Notes under the pieces: model-generated
Told to the model about the DNA's origin: nothing
Databases searched by the model: none
What the model saw: the letters and a program-made list of their open reading frames with translations, nothing else
Translations under genes and position numbers: made by a program
Assembly: GCA_002470825.1 (NCBI GenBank)
Contig: DKOR01000018.1
Location: 37,198 to 101,197, forward strand
Length of the DNA stretch: 64,000 nt
Direction of reading: 5' to 3'
DNA from: Thiotrichaceae bacterium UBA7357
GTDB lineage: Bacteria > Pseudomonadota > Gammaproteobacteria > Eutrophobiales > Eutrophobiaceae
In this document: piece after piece, positions 24,997 to 37,803 of the stretch
Layout: every line of letters starts with the position of its first letter
Numbering within the stretch: position 1 is the first letter of the stretch

Positions 24997-25470
24997 ATGC
25001 GAATTGGACATGGTTACGATGCTCATCGTCTTGTTGAAGAGAGACCATTAATTTTAGGTGGTGTAACAATTCCCTATGAGAAAGGATTAGAAGGACATTC
25101 CGATGCTGATGCAGTTATCCATGCCCTGTGTGATGCGATTCTTGGTGCCATGTGTTTAGGTGATATTGGATCACATTTTCCCGATACAGATCCAGAATTA
25201 AAAAACATTGATAGTCGTATTTTATTAAAGCAAGTTCATGTTTTAATGAAAAAAAATAATTTTTTTTTGTGTAATGCAGACATCACTATTTTGGCACAAG
25301 CACCAAAAATGGCTGATCATATTTCTTCAATGCAAAAATTTATTTCCACAGATCTTGATGCAAAAATAACAGATATAAATATTAAAGCGACAACGACAGA
25401 AAAAATGGGTTTTGTTGGTCGTGGTGAGGGCATCGCTGTATATGCTGTTGTTTTAATAGCTTCTTCATAA
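24997..25470 (+). CDS. ispF: 2-C-methyl-D-erythritol 2,4-cyclodiphosphate synthase
   Basis: [33 protein letters not shown]. Confidence 0.95.
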   Translation: MRIGHGYDAHRLVEERPLILGGVTIPYEKGLEGHSDADAVIHALCDAILGAMCLGDIGSHFPDTDPELKNIDSRILLKQVHVLMKKNNFFLCNADITILAQAPKMADHISSMQKFISTDLDAKITDINIKATTTEKMGFVGRGEGIAVYAVVLIASS

Positions 25471-25619
25471 TCTTTACACGAATCATCCTCTTTCAAATGT
25501 AGTTCTAGTCTTTTAAGTTTCGTCCATGGCTAAGCGATTTTTTTATCAGAGCACGTTTTATAAAAAATGTGTTTTAGTGATTCTGATCCCGTCAGTTATA
25601 GAAATTGATGATTTGTTGA

Positions 25620-26162
25620 TCATTTACGCCTTAGTAACAGATAAATTGCCCCTGTACCTCCATCAGCAGGTCTTGCTGAGCAAAAAGCTTGCGCAATGTC
25701 AGTTTTTTGCAGCCATTGATTAAGCTTGTTTTTTAATATTGGTTGTTTATTAATAGAACCTAGACCTTTCCCGTGAATAATTTTGACACAGCGTCGAGAA
25801 TGCGTTGAGCACTCTTTAAAAAAATCAATCAATGCAATTTTAGCACTATCAACTACCATGCCATGTAAATCTAGTTCTGCTTCAATTTTATAATGTCCAC
25901 GACGCAATTTTTTTAATATATTATTTTGAACTCCAGAACTAGTATAAAGAAGCTCATCTCCTATTTCTAAAAGACCGGAATTAAAATCTGCGGTACACAT
26001 TTCTTTTATCACTGAAAGATTATCCGCCTCGGTTTTTGCAGGGTGAGGTTTTAGTCTCGGTTTGTCAGCAATAAAACTGTCTTGTTTTAGTGGCATTGCA
26101 TCACCAACTGATTTTCGAAATAGCGCACTATCTTCGTCTGAAATATCGGAAGATTTCTTCAT
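25620..26162 (-). CDS. smrB: Smr-domain endonuclease (SmrB/YfcN-like)
   Basis: C-terminal Smr domain LDLHGM ... VKIIHGKG; 180 aa like E. coli SmrB; downstream of purL. Confidence 0.75.
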   Translation of the reverse strand: MKKSSDISDEDSALFRKSVGDAMPLKQDSFIADKPRLKPHPAKTEADNLSVIKEMCTADFNSGLLEIGDELLYTSSGVQNNILKKLRRGHYKIEAELDLHGMVVDSAKIALIDFFKECSTHSRRCVKIIHGKGLGSINKQPILKNKLNQWLQKTDIAQAFCSARPADGGTGAIYLLLRRK

Positions 26163-26294
26163 TATTTTAAATTAGAGCTTGTCATTACGCATAAGTCTAG
26201 CGTATGAACAAATCGGTGTCAGCGATGATAGAGTGTAATTTAATTATCATTAAATATTTTGTTGATTGATAATTTTACTAAAATACCTGTAGAT

Positions 26295-29200
26295 TTAATC
26301 AAGCCAAGTTTGTGCATTCAGGAACATTTTCATCCATGGACTATACTCGTTGTTCCATTTTGAAGGCAAATAAGAAAATTGTTTACGTAAGAATACACGT
26401 TCGGGATGAGGCATCATGATGGTAATACGGCCATCATCGTTTGTAAGCCCGGTCAATCCATTAACGGAACCATTAGGATTAAGAGGATAACTCTCTGTCG
26501 ATACTCCTGAATTATCAATATAGCGCATAGCAGCATTTATAATTAAATCTGTAGGTTCGTATGAAACACGCCCTTCGGCATGAGCAACTACGACAGGAAT
26601 TTTAGAACCAGCCATGTCCTTGAATAGAATGGAAGGTGATTCTATGATTTCTACCATCACTAATCGCGCTTCAAATTGCTCTGATTGATTGCGAATGAAA
26701 TTAGGCCATAATGATGCGCCTGGTATCAAGTCACGTAGTTGTGAAATCATCTGGCATCCATTACATACACCAAGGGAGAATGTGTTAGTACGGTTAAAAA
26801 ATGTTTCAAACATCTTACTGATATAATCACTGTACAAAATAGATTTTGCCCAACCACCACCAGCGCCCAAGACATCACCATATGAGAATCCACCACAGGC
26901 AACTAGTCCATTAAACGAATCAAGTTTGATTTGACCGTCAATCAAGTCTTGCATGTGCACATCAATACATTCAAATCCGGCACGATCAAACGCAGCAGCC
27001 ATTTCTAATTGACCATTAACTCCTTGTTCTCGCAGTATTGCCATCTTTGGTTTTGCATTAGTATTGATAAAAGAAAGTACATTACTTTCGAATGCAAATG
27101 TCGTGTTGAGGAATAAACCAGAATCATTTTCATTGCCTATTTGATCAAGTTCCTTTTTTGCACACTCAGGATTATCGCGTAGAGATTGAATTTGAAAACT
27201 AGTAGAGGACCATTTTTTATGTAGCTCATTAATGGGTGACTCTAGGTGGGTTGACTTACCTTGTTTTAGTCTAAATGTATAATCATTATTGATTATGCCT
27301 ATAGTATGAAGTGATTGTTCCTCTATGCCAGCACTTATGAAAGTTTGTTTTACAATGTGTTGATGTACACGCTTTATTTGAATAACTGCACCAAGCTCTT
27401 CATTAAATAAATAGGCGATAATGTTCTTAGTCTTTGCAAGTTCAATATCAATGCCGGTGTGACCAGCAAATGCCATTTCAGCCAAGGTGACAAACAGGCC
27501 CCCATCCGAACGATCATGATATGCGAGAATATAATCTGATTCATTGAGGATCTGTAAGGCTTTGAAAAAGCCGATTAGTAAAATTGGATCATCTAGATCA
27601 GGTGTTTCACAACCGAATTGTTCATAAACTTGGCATAGTGCAGAGCCAGCGAGACGCTGTTTGCCATTGGCTAAATCAATATAGATTAAAACTGTATCAT
27701 CATCTTGTTGTAATTGAGGTGTCAATGATTGGCGAACATCTACGACACGAGCAAAGGCCGTAATATTTAATGATAAAGGTGATGTTACTTTCTGTTGCTG
27801 ATTATTTTCAGTCCAAATAGTATTCATCGACAAAGAATCTTTGCCGACAGGTATAGCAATGTTAAGTTCTTTACAAAGATCACTAATAGCAGCAACGGTG
27901 GTATAAAGTTTTGCGTCTTGACCAGGTTCACCACAGGCTGCCATCCAGTTTGCTGAAAGAGCGATATCTTCTAGTTTGATAATACGTGCTGCACTAATAT
28001 TCATTATGGCTTCAGCAATTGCCATTCTTCCGGAAGCGGCTGCATTGGTAATAGCTAGCGGAGCACGTTCACCAATTGCCATCGCTTCGCCGATATAGTC
28101 ATAATAAGAAGAGCTGGTAACCGCACAATCTGCTACGGGTACTTGCCAAGGGCCGACCATCTGATCACGTACAACCAATCCAGAAACAGAACGATCACTA
28201 ATTGTAATTAAAAAACTTTTACTGGCAACTGTGGGTAGTTGTAGAACACGATTAATTGATTCTTGTAAGTCTAATATTGAAGTATCAAATTCAGAATTTT
28301 GGGTAGTTTCACTCTGCGCATCACGTTGCATGCTTGGCATCTTGCCAAGTAATACAGATATTGGAATATCAATCGCTTGATTATTAAAGTGCGTGTCGTT
28401 TAAAACAAGTTGTTCTTTTTCAGTTGCATCGCCGAGTATCGCATAGGGAGCGCGCTCTCGTTTGCAAAGTGATATGAAGCGGTCAAGTTGTTCAGAAGCA
28501 ATGGCAAGGACGTACCGTTCTTGAGCCTCGTTACACCAAACACCCATCGGCGACATGCCGGGTTCATCATTAGGAATCTCTCGTAATTCCAGTTGTGCGC
28601 CACGATTACTAGCACTAACGAGCTCAGGCATGGCATTGGATAGACCACCAGCGCCAACATCGTGAATACTAATAATTGGGTTGTTATCACTTAGTGCCCA
28701 GCATCGATCGATGACTTCCTGACAACGTCGTTCCATCTCAGCATTATCGCGTTGCACAGAAGCAAAATCTAGTGAAGCGTTACTTGAACCTGAAGCCATT
28801 GATGAGGCTGCGCCACCACCAAGTCCAATCAACATTGCCGGACCACCTAATACTATTAGTTTTGCTCCTGTAGGAATGTCTTGTTTATGCACATCTGATT
28901 CGCGAATCATGCCGTAACCGCCAGCAAGCATGATTGGTTTATGATAGCCGTAAATTAAAGATTCATCTCTTCGTTGTTCATAGGTACGGAAATAACCACA
29001 CAATGCCGGGCGACCAAATTCATTATTATACGTTGCCGCTCCAATGGGCCCTTCAATCATAATATCCAAAGCAGATACAATATGCTCTGGTTTACCATTA
29101 TTTTTTTCCCACGCTTGTTCAAATCCGGGGATTTTTAAATTTGATACTGCAAAGCCGCATAGTCCTGCCTTTGGTTTTGCGCCACGCCCAGTTGCTGCTT

Positions 29201-30164
29201 CGTCACGAATTTCTCCGCCAGAACCAGTTGCTGCACCTGAGTAGGGCGATATTGCAGTTGGATGATTATGTGTTTCTACCTTCATCAGAATGTGGATATC
29301 TTCATCATGATAGCCATAGTGATGATTATTCGGATTAGTAAAAAAACGTGCACCATTAAAACCTGCCATAATGGCAGCATTATCGTGGTAAGCAGAAAGC
29401 ACACCCCCTGGACTGGCTTCATGGGTTTGTTTTATCATGTTAAACAAGGAGTGTTCTTGTTTAACATTATCAATAGTCCATTCAGCGTTGAAGATTTTGT
29501 GCCTGCAATGCTCAGAATTTGCTTGAGCAAACATCATTAATTCTACATCTGTTGGATTACGACCCAATTTCTCGAACGAGGTAAATAAGTAATCTATCTC
29601 ATCATTTGATAAAGCCAAGCCCATTTTAGTGTTGGCTGTTTCCAATGCAGCAATGCCAACGTTCATTATATCAACCTGATTTAATTCGGCGGGTTCAGTA
29701 ATAGAAAATAAAGCATTGGCACCATTCTCATCAGGTATGAGTATTTCTGTCATTCGATCATGTAAAAGGGGGCTGAGTCCTACTATTTGTTCTTCATCAA
29801 GTTTGTTTCCTTCACTTAACTGAAATGAGTAAACCCTTCCGCGTTCAACACGTTTTATTTTCTCCAGCCCCGAGTTATGAACAATATCGCTTGCCTTACT
29901 AGACCAGGGAGAGATTGTACCGGGTCTTGGTATAATAATGAGTTTGAATAAATTGTCAGGATTATGCTTCTTTTCTATGCCGTAACTCATTAGAGCATTA
30001 AGCTGGTGCATTTCTTTTTGATTAAGATTCGCACTATTTTCAACGAAGTGGACATAATGCGATTCAACTGAGCTAATTGCCGGTACGCAATATTGCAAGG
30101 CAGAAAGAAGTTTACCGACACGAAAGTTAGAAAGGGCGTTACCGCCTGACAGTATTAGCATCAA
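26295..30164 (-). CDS. purL: Phosphoribosylformylglycinamidine synthase, single-chain large form
   Basis: 1289 aa; AIR-synthase-like repeats plus C-terminal glutamine amidotransferase (GVCNGCQM). Confidence 0.95.
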   Translation of the reverse strand: MMLILSGGNALSNFRVGKLLSALQYCVPAISSVESHYVHFVENSANLNQKEMHQLNALMSYGIEKKHNPDNLFKLIIIPRPGTISPWSSKASDIVHNSGLEKIKRVERGRVYSFQLSEGNKLDEEQIVGLSPLLHDRMTEILIPDENGANALFSITEPAELNQVDIMNVGIAALETANTKMGLALSNDEIDYLFTSFEKLGRNPTDVELMMFAQANSEHCRHKIFNAEWTIDNVKQEHSLFNMIKQTHEASPGGVLSAYHDNAAIMAGFNGARFFTNPNNHHYGYHDEDIHILMKVETHNHPTAISPYSGAATGSGGEIRDEAATGRGAKPKAGLCGFAVSNLKIPGFEQAWEKNNGKPEHIVSALDIMIEGPIGAATYNNEFGRPALCGYFRTYEQRRDESLIYGYHKPIMLAGGYGMIRESDVHKQDIPTGAKLIVLGGPAMLIGLGGGAASSMASGSSNASLDFASVQRDNAEMERRCQEVIDRCWALSDNNPIISIHDVGAGGLSNAMPELVSASNRGAQLELREIPNDEPGMSPMGVWCNEAQERYVLAIASEQLDRFISLCKRERAPYAILGDATEKEQLVLNDTHFNNQAIDIPISVLLGKMPSMQRDAQSETTQNSEFDTSILDLQESINRVLQLPTVASKSFLITISDRSVSGLVVRDQMVGPWQVPVADCAVTSSSYYDYIGEAMAIGERAPLAITNAAASGRMAIAEAIMNISAARIIKLEDIALSANWMAACGEPGQDAKLYTTVAAISDLCKELNIAIPVGKDSLSMNTIWTENNQQQKVTSPLSLNITAFARVVDVRQSLTPQLQQDDDTVLIYIDLANGKQRLAGSALCQVYEQFGCETPDLDDPILLIGFFKALQILNESDYILAYHDRSDGGLFVTLAEMAFAGHTGIDIELAKTKNIIAYLFNEELGAVIQIKRVHQHIVKQTFISAGIEEQSLHTIGIINNDYTFRLKQGKSTHLESPINELHKKWSSTSFQIQSLRDNPECAKKELDQIGNENDSGLFLNTTFAFESNVLSFINTNAKPKMAILREQGVNGQLEMAAAFDRAGFECIDVHMQDLIDGQIKLDSFNGLVACGGFSYGDVLGAGGGWAKSILYSDYISKMFETFFNRTNTFSLGVCNGCQMISQLRDLIPGASLWPNFIRNQSEQFEARLVMVEIIESPSILFKDMAGSKIPVVVAHAEGRVSYEPTDLIINAAMRYIDNSGVSTESYPLNPNGSVNGLTGLTNDDGRITIMMPHPERVFLRKQFSYLPSKWNNEYSPWMKMFLNAQTWLD

Positions 30165-30236
30165 ACCTTAGATCATTATTAAGTGAAGGATATTGAGTCA
30201 TACTATTTTATCAGCCTATGATGAATCACGCGAAAT

Positions 30237-31100
30237 TTATTTAACTTCTTCAACCTTAATTAAAATATTTTTCTGTTTTTGCTTTCGTCGATTTGTACTA
30301 ATCGAGTTCTTTTTCGAGCTATTATTGTAATGTTGGGCGGCCCCACCGACTGGTATCCATTTGCCCAATTGACCTTTTGCGGTAGTTTCTACATTTTGTA
30401 TATCAAATATTGCCACTTGATTTGGACTGACATGGGAGAACTTAGAGGATATCATTAGAGTGACATTATCGCCTCGGAGTCTGGGTAAGATATAGAAGCC
30501 GGATTCTATGTCTCGATATTCCACACCATCCTGGACCACTACGCCATCGCCAGTGACAAATGCAGTTTGATTAGGAATTGGGACAGATTGACCCGTACTA
30601 ATAAAGGTCGACTGACCTTCTAGTACTTGAACACGGAAAACATTTCTATCTTCCAGTCTCGATCGGGTTTCCATTTGGCGATAGCGAACGACATTATCCT
30701 CGCTTTCTCTAGCCTGTATGATTGTGCCGCCATAATCCGCATCGGGTGATTTTATCTTGACATCTCTTGTGCTATAGCCCCCGGAAAGCCCACTTTGCTG
30801 AATATTGAGATTAATATCGACATCTTGTTTGACGCTGATCATTAAACGGCGCGGGACACTATCAATCTGTGCAAGAACTTGCTTTATTTGTTTTAGGTTT
30901 GAAGGAGTAGTCTTAACAATTAATTTATTGCTTATCCCAGTTACGGTACCACCCTTAACAACTAATGGTTTGAGAATTGGAATGACATCTCCGACTTGTC
31001 TGTTTTGCATGGTTATGGTTTCGATCTTCATCGATTCCGCCGTAAGGGCGGGGCTGTTAACGATGATAAATAACAGTGCAAGGTGAATTAGTATTTTCAA
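30237..31100 (-). CDS. Secreted protein with a Secretin_N-like domain and a short diverged secretin-like beta region (candidate mini-secretin)
   Basis: Signal peptide MKILIHLALLFIIVNSPALTA; VGDVIPILKPLVVKGGTVTGISNKLIVKTTPSNLKQIKQVLAQIDSVPRRLMISVKQDV fits the Secretin_N consensus including the NsLiV motif and the following prQV.I stretch; C-terminal VETTAKGQLGKWIPVGGA resembles the secretin V.DG.T.VIGGL motif; Lys-rich tail. Confidence 0.5.
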   Translation of the reverse strand: MKILIHLALLFIIVNSPALTAESMKIETITMQNRQVGDVIPILKPLVVKGGTVTGISNKLIVKTTPSNLKQIKQVLAQIDSVPRRLMISVKQDVDINLNIQQSGLSGGYSTRDVKIKSPDADYGGTIIQARESEDNVVRYRQMETRSRLEDRNVFRVQVLEGQSTFISTGQSVPIPNQTAFVTGDGVVVQDGVEYRDIESGFYILPRLRGDNVTLMISSKFSHVSPNQVAIFDIQNVETTAKGQLGKWIPVGGAAQHYNNSSKKNSISTNRRKQKQKNILIKVEEVK

Positions 31101-31612
31101 ATGAGGATCCTTCTAAAATTGGGGTCTGGTTCTGAGGTTGCCCACATACAATCAAACACATTTAGCATATTCTTCGACCCGCGACGGTCATTGAAGTTAA
31201 CAATTCCTGTATATCGCTCCGCACTTTCTCGAAACAGATACCCTACTACATCAGCAATCAGCACCGCTTTATTGTATTTTATGTATTGTGACGAAGGTTT
31301 ACGTATTTCGATATAACTGCTTAATTTTCTTGCTAATTCAACGAGTTTATGTCCACGGCGTACTATTAATGTTGGTTCAAAGGTGAGAATACGAATATCG
31401 ACATATCGTCCTTTTAATGCCAATTGCTTGATTGCTTCCACAAATTCAGTTTGATCGTATACGAATGGGTCCAGTTGATGGGAAATAATGGCTAGTTTCA
31501 ACCCGCATTGTTTTACCAGTGCTAATGCCGCATCCGCATTTTCTTGGCGAGTCTCGACCTTGCTAGCATCACTTGTGGATGCACCTAGGATGTATTCATC
31601 AAGATTTCTCAT
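31097..31612 (-). CDS. Hypothetical cytoplasmic protein (171 aa), coupled by ATGA overlap to the Secretin_N-like gene
   Basis: No signal peptide or TM; no motif I recognise; lies between purB and the secretin-like ORF on the same strand. Confidence 0.45.
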   Translation of the reverse strand: MRNLDEYILGASTSDASKVETRQENADAALALVKQCGLKLAIISHQLDPFVYDQTEFVEAIKQLALKGRYVDIRILTFEPTLIVRRGHKLVELARKLSSYIEIRKPSSQYIKYNKAVLIADVVGYLFRESAERYTGIVNFNDRRGSKNMLNVFDCMWATSEPDPNFRRILI

Positions 31613-31638
31613 TTTCGCTTCTTTACCTAATATCTTTA

Positions 31639-33075
<1,437 letters not shown>

Positions 33076-33150
33076 TCAATTATATCGTTCTAATCTGGAT
33101 TCAAACAGTTAGCTAGAGAGTGTCTGTACCTACTACTTCTTTAAGTCTTC

Positions 33151-33531
33151 TTAAGGGTTCTTTATGTATTTATTTAAAATTACATATTGAATGCTTGGCA
33201 GTACAAATATAAAAAAACCAAATATTAAGTATATTGTGAGGAGCCTCCATAATTCATTTAAAGATTGGAAATAGAGCATGATTAATATTCCAATTAGCAT
33301 CAACAAACTTGCAGGGGTCATGGTTATTAAAATTGATTTTCTAGAATTGAATTGTTTCATTGCCAACATAAACAATCCCAAAAGAGATTGCAGGGCTAAC
33401 ATGAAATAAACTGGGATTAAATATACATATAACCATATCGCCTCTGAATCTGAAGCAACTGCAGCCGATGAAATCAAACTAAAGCTCAGGCTTATGTTAA
33501 TACTAAGGAGAAGGATTTGGAATTTTTTCAT
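33151..33531 (-). CDS. Small hypothetical membrane protein with N-terminal signal peptide (start uncertain)
   Basis: MKKFQILLLSINISLSFSLISSAAVA signal-like N-terminus plus 3 hydrophobic helices; overlaps the 3' end of the AKR gene by about 29 nt; the longer ORF-track start at 33579 was discounted. Confidence 0.3.
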   Translation of the reverse strand: MKKFQILLLSINISLSFSLISSAAVASDSEAIWLYVYLIPVYFMLALQSLLGLFMLAMKQFNSRKSILITMTPASLLMLIGILIMLYFQSLNELWRLLTIYLIFGFFIFVLPSIQYVILNKYIKNP

Positions 33532-34543
33532 GAATAACTTCAATTGCCTTGATGATCTTTTTCGAGAGTTTGAGATCAATACTCTCGATATTACTTCTAA
33601 GTTGTTTCATGGATGTGGCACCAATAATGTTACTTGTCAAAAATGGTTGGCTATTCACAAAAGCTAATGCCATTTGCGCTGGGTCCAGATCATTTTCATG
33701 TGCTAGTTTGACATAAGCTTTGGTTGCCACATAGGCCTGTGGATTTGAATAACGACTGAAACGATCCCACAAGACCAGCCGTGTGCCTGCTGGTCTTGCG
33801 CCGTTTAAAAATTTACCACTTAAGACGCCAAAGGCGAGCGGCGAGTACGCCAATAAACCTGTCTGTTCACGGTGAGCAAATTCTGAAAGACCAATTTCAA
33901 AGGTACGATTCAATAAATTATAAGGATTCTGGATACTTACAATTCTGGGCAAGCCTTGTTCATCAGACAAACGAAGGTATTCAGCACAACCCCAAGGGGT
34001 TTCATTAGATATGCCAATCATTCTAATCTTACCGTCTTTAATCAAGCCACCGAGCACATTTAATGTTTCTGCTATGGCGACCCCGTCTTTTTCAGGAACA
34101 TGGTAATAACCTAAATTACCAAAATAATTGGTATCACGATCTGGCCAATGTACTTGATAAAGATCTATATAGTCAGTTCGCAAACGTTTTAAAGTAGCAT
34201 CAATAGCTTGGTGAATATTCCGTTTATCCAGCTTGACTTCACCTTCACGCATGTAATCGACAAATGATTCGTTTCCGCAAACTTTACTTGCAATGATTAG
34301 TTTGTCGCGATCTAGTCTTTTAGCTAGCCATGTCCCTATATAGGTTTCAGTAAGACCTTGTGTTGTTTCTTTAGGAGGAACCGGGTACATTTCAGCGGTA
34401 TCGATGAAATTAATTCCGGCATCCACTGCATAATCTAATTGCTGGTGCGCTTCGGCTTTGGTGTTTTGTTCACCCCATGTCATGGTGCCGAGGCAAATAC
34501 GGCTTACTTCGATGTCGGTGTTACCTAGCTTTGTGAATTCCAT
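33503..34543 (-). CDS. tas: NADP(H)-dependent aldo/keto reductase, Tas-like
   Basis: GNTDIEVSRICLGTMTWGEQNT, IDTAEMYPVP, HWPDR match E. coli Tas. Confidence 0.85.
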   Translation of the reverse strand: MEFTKLGNTDIEVSRICLGTMTWGEQNTKAEAHQQLDYAVDAGINFIDTAEMYPVPPKETTQGLTETYIGTWLAKRLDRDKLIIASKVCGNESFVDYMREGEVKLDKRNIHQAIDATLKRLRTDYIDLYQVHWPDRDTNYFGNLGYYHVPEKDGVAIAETLNVLGGLIKDGKIRMIGISNETPWGCAEYLRLSDEQGLPRIVSIQNPYNLLNRTFEIGLSEFAHREQTGLLAYSPLAFGVLSGKFLNGARPAGTRLVLWDRFSRYSNPQAYVATKAYVKLAHENDLDPAQMALAFVNSQPFLTSNIIGATSMKQLRSNIESIDLKLSKKIIKAIEVIHEKIPNPSP

Positions 34544-34609
34544 ATTGTGCTCTCATTGTAAAGTGTGTAGATACCTTTTATCTTTAATATGTAATAATTT
34601 CATCTATAT

Positions 34610-35644
34610 ATGCAAACGATAACCATAATAAAACCTGATGATTTCCATCTTCACCTACGTGATGGTATTGCCTTGTCTACTGTGGCGAATCATACCGCAG
34701 CACAATTTTCGCGCGCTATAATAATGCCTAATCTTAATCCGCCTGTCGTTAATACAGAAATGGCACTGGCTTATAAGAAACGTATCTTACAGTGTGTTGA
34801 TGGAAAATATAATTTCGAACCACTGATGACCTTATATCTCACAGATAACACCTCAGTAAGCACGATAAAGACAGGAGCAGAGTCGAATATTATTAAAGCA
34901 TTAAAGTATTATCCTTCCGGTGCGACTACTAATTCAGATCAAGGTGTAACAGACATAAAGATGACCTATATGGCTCTCAATGCCATGATGGAAGATGGCT
35001 TGCCACTTTTGGTTCACGGTGAAGTAACAGGTGATGATGTCGATGTGTTTGACCGTGAAGCTGTATTCATAGATCAAGTCTTAATACCCTTGGTAAAGGA
35101 TTTTCCTGAACTCAAGATAGTCTTTGAGCATATAACTACACGTGCTGCGGTTGATTTTGTTATGGAATCAAGTGATAAGATTGCAGCAACGATTACGCCG
35201 CAACATATACTCTTAAATAGAAATGATTTATTTAAAGGTGGCTTGCAACCACATCATTATTGCCTGCCCATATTAAAGGCAGAAGATGATCGTCAAGCTG
35301 TTTCGGAAGCGGCGACGAGTGGTAATCCAAAATTTTTCCTTGGTACCGATAGCGCGCCGCATACGCGAACTATGAAAGAAACCAGTTGTGGTTGTGCCGG
35401 TATTTATTCTGCGCTTAACGCACTAGAAATATACGTCGAAGCATTTGACAGTGTAGGAAAACTAGACAAACTCGAAGCCTTCGCCAGTCACTATGGTGCA
35501 GACTATTACGACTTACCACGAAATATGGAACAAATGACCTTAATTAGAAATGAACAAGACATTCCCGATGTATTTCCACTTGGTGATGATGAAATAGTCC
35601 CCTTTCGCGCCGGAGGTACATGTTCATGGCAACTGAAGAAATAG
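34610..35644 (+). CDS. pyrC: Dihydroorotase (class II, homodimeric type)
   Basis: [11 protein letters not shown] metal-binding Hx[10 protein letters not shown]; 344 aa. Confidence 0.9.
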   Translation: MQTITIIKPDDFHLHLRDGIALSTVANHTAAQFSRAIIMPNLNPPVVNTEMALAYKKRILQCVDGKYNFEPLMTLYLTDNTSVSTIKTGAESNIIKALKYYPSGATTNSDQGVTDIKMTYMALNAMMEDGLPLLVHGEVTGDDVDVFDREAVFIDQVLIPLVKDFPELKIVFEHITTRAAVDFVMESSDKIAATITPQHILLNRNDLFKGGLQPHHYCLPILKAEDDRQAVSEAATSGNPKFFLGTDSAPHTRTMKETSCGCAGIYSALNALEIYVEAFDSVGKLDKLEAFASHYGADYYDLPRNMEQMTLIRNEQDIPDVFPLGDDEIVPFRAGGTCSWQLKK

Positions 35645-36279
35645 AAGAAGCAACTACTAAGGAAAAACCTGCTGTTGCAAGACGCTTTCGTGGATTTTTA
35701 CCCGTTATTGTTGATGTAGAAACTGCTGGTTTTAATTCAGCTACCGATGCGTTAATAGAAATCGCAGCTGTAACAGTGACTGTAAACGAAGAACACCACT
35801 GGTGTATTGATGAGGTTGTCTCCAAACATGTCAATCCATTTGAAGGTGCTAATCTTGATCAAGCTTCACTAGATTTTATTGGTGTTGATCCTAATCATCC
35901 TTTTCGCAAACAGATCGCCATTAGCGAAACTGAGGCCTTACACGAAGTATTTAAACTGGTAAGAAAAAAAATAAAAGAACACAAATGCAGTCGCGCCATA
36001 TTAGTTGGGCATAACGCTTCATTCGATCTTGGCTTTCTGAATGCTGCTGTTGAGCGTACACAGATCAAGCGTAATCCATTTCATCCCTTCAGTACCTTCG
36101 ATACCGCAACTTTGGCGGGTCTTGCCTATGGACAAACAGTATTAGCACGTGCAGCAGAAGAAGCAGGACTGAGATGGGATACCAGAGAAGCGCACTCTGC
36201 ACGTTATGACGCAGAACAAACTGCATTATTGTTTTGTGAAATTGTTAATCGATGGAATAAATATTCTCAAGCCTTTTGA
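35620..36279 (+). CDS. rnt: Ribonuclease T
   Basis: [42 protein letters not shown] (DEDDh motifs), conserved pyrC-rnt adjacency. Confidence 0.9.
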   Translation: MFMATEEIEEATTKEKPAVARRFRGFLPVIVDVETAGFNSATDALIEIAAVTVTVNEEHHWCIDEVVSKHVNPFEGANLDQASLDFIGVDPNHPFRKQIAISETEALHEVFKLVRKKIKEHKCSRAILVGHNASFDLGFLNAAVERTQIKRNPFHPFSTFDTATLAGLAYGQTVLARAAEEAGLRWDTREAHSARYDAEQTALLFCEIVNRWNKYSQAF

Positions 36280-36418
36280 ACAAAGGAAATGAATAGATGT
36301 AAATATTTCGAGTGACTAGCTGTGGATAATCAATACTTAAGTGATTATCATATTGACCATATAAACCTAACACACATAAAAATACAGGTTCAACTATTTA
36401 TAGGTTGTAGGTACTAAT

Positions 36419-37744
36419 TTAAGGTTTTTCAAACCTAGGTTTTATTTTCTTTTCCCAGTTTTTTGCTTTCTCCATCAAGCGAGAATATTCCATCGTTGTT
36501 AATTCCCTTTTCTTCAAAACTTGATTACCAGCTATCCAGACATCACTGACTTGTTCTCGATTGCCGGCGTAGATAATTTGCGATAGCGGTTCGTATAGAG
36601 GAGCGGTTTCTAATTGATTAAGGTTTATAGCAACGATATCGGCTTGCTTACCTTTTTTTAGCGAACCAATTGATTTATTTAGGCCGAGCGCCTTTGCGCT
36701 ATTGAGTGTGGCCATCCTCAGTGTAGTGTGTGCATCCAGAACGGTACTGTCTTTGGCGACACCTTTGGCGACTATGGCTGCGGTACGCATTTCACCGAAC
36801 ATGTCTAGGTCGTTATTACTGGCTGTGCCATCGGTGCCGATGCAGACGTTTATACCTGCGTTGTGTAATTGCGCAGCCGGACAAAAGCCACTGGCAAGTT
36901 TTAGGTTTGATTCAGGGCAATGGGCAACGCTCACCCCGAACTTGGCTAATTTTGCTATCTCAGCTTGTTCTAATTGCGTCATATGAACTGCCAACATGCG
37001 AGGACTGATGAGACCAAGATCTATTAAGCGTTGTAGAGGACGCTTTCCATGATGTTCGATACTTTGTTCTACTTCAAACGCAGTTTCATGGATGTGCATA
37101 TGAATCGGGATATCAAGTTCTTCTGCGAGCATATTAATACGTTTTAGTGGTTCGTCCGAAACAGTGTAGGGCGCATGTGGTGCGAAAGCTGTATTTACTA
37201 AAGGATTATGTCGATAAGTGTCGTGTACTTGTTCGCCTTTAAGAAGATATTCATCAGGATTATTCGCCCATGAGGTTGGGAAATCTGTTAAGATTAAACC
37301 AACAACCACACGCATACCAACATTTGCACAAACTTCTGCTGTTTGATCAGGGAAAAAGTACATATCGTTGAAACAAGTAGTTCCGCCACGGATCATTTCA
37401 GCTACGGCGATTTCTGTACCGTCTTTGACAAATTTAGAATTAACCCATTTTTGTTCAGCAGGCCAGATATGTTCATTGAGCCATTCCATTAAAGGCAGGT
37501 CATTAGCTAACCCGCGTAACAGAGTCATGGCTGCATGTGTATGTGCGTTTATCAAGCCAGGAATGAGTGCGTGTTGCTCCAGATTATATTCTTCTCTTGC
37601 AGAAAATTTATTACATGCATCATCAGAAGGAAGTATACCTTCGATCTTATCGTCTTTGATCGCAATTGAATAATTTTCATAGACGGTGTTTGTCGGTTCT
37701 ATCGGTATAATCCATCTTGCGTTGATTAAGGTATCAACTTTCAT
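36419..37744 (-). CDS. mtaD: TRZ/ATZ-family amidohydrolase, 5-methylthioadenosine/S-adenosylhomocysteine deaminase-like
   Basis: MKVDTLINARWIIPIEP N-terminus, GLINAHTHAAMT HxH metal site; start taken at the Met preceding the conserved N-terminus, not the ORF-track start at 37933. Confidence 0.75.
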   Translation of the reverse strand: MKVDTLINARWIIPIEPTNTVYENYSIAIKDDKIEGILPSDDACNKFSAREEYNLEQHALIPGLINAHTHAAMTLLRGLANDLPLMEWLNEHIWPAEQKWVNSKFVKDGTEIAVAEMIRGGTTCFNDMYFFPDQTAEVCANVGMRVVVGLILTDFPTSWANNPDEYLLKGEQVHDTYRHNPLVNTAFAPHAPYTVSDEPLKRINMLAEELDIPIHMHIHETAFEVEQSIEHHGKRPLQRLIDLGLISPRMLAVHMTQLEQAEIAKLAKFGVSVAHCPESNLKLASGFCPAAQLHNAGINVCIGTDGTASNNDLDMFGEMRTAAIVAKGVAKDSTVLDAHTTLRMATLNSAKALGLNKSIGSLKKGKQADIVAINLNQLETAPLYEPLSQIIYAGNREQVSDVWIAGNQVLKKRELTTMEYSRLMEKAKNWEKKIKPRFEKP

Positions 37745-37803
37745 CTTAAAAAAGGTATCCTTGGTTTTTTTACCATGATAAGTCATTAACAGGATAAAAC
37801 GAA

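Noticed and set aside
25526-25723. 65-aa plus-strand ORF overlapping the 3' end of the Smr-domain gene
   Set aside because: No RBS, overlaps a well-supported gene on the opposite strand, and has a hydrophobic low-complexity sequence. Likely spurious.
33532-33579. Longer start for the small membrane ORF (MISNSRKRSSRQLKLF...)
   Set aside because: It would overlap the AKR gene by 77 nt. The internal Met gives a classical signal-peptide N-terminus. The whole ORF remains low-confidence.
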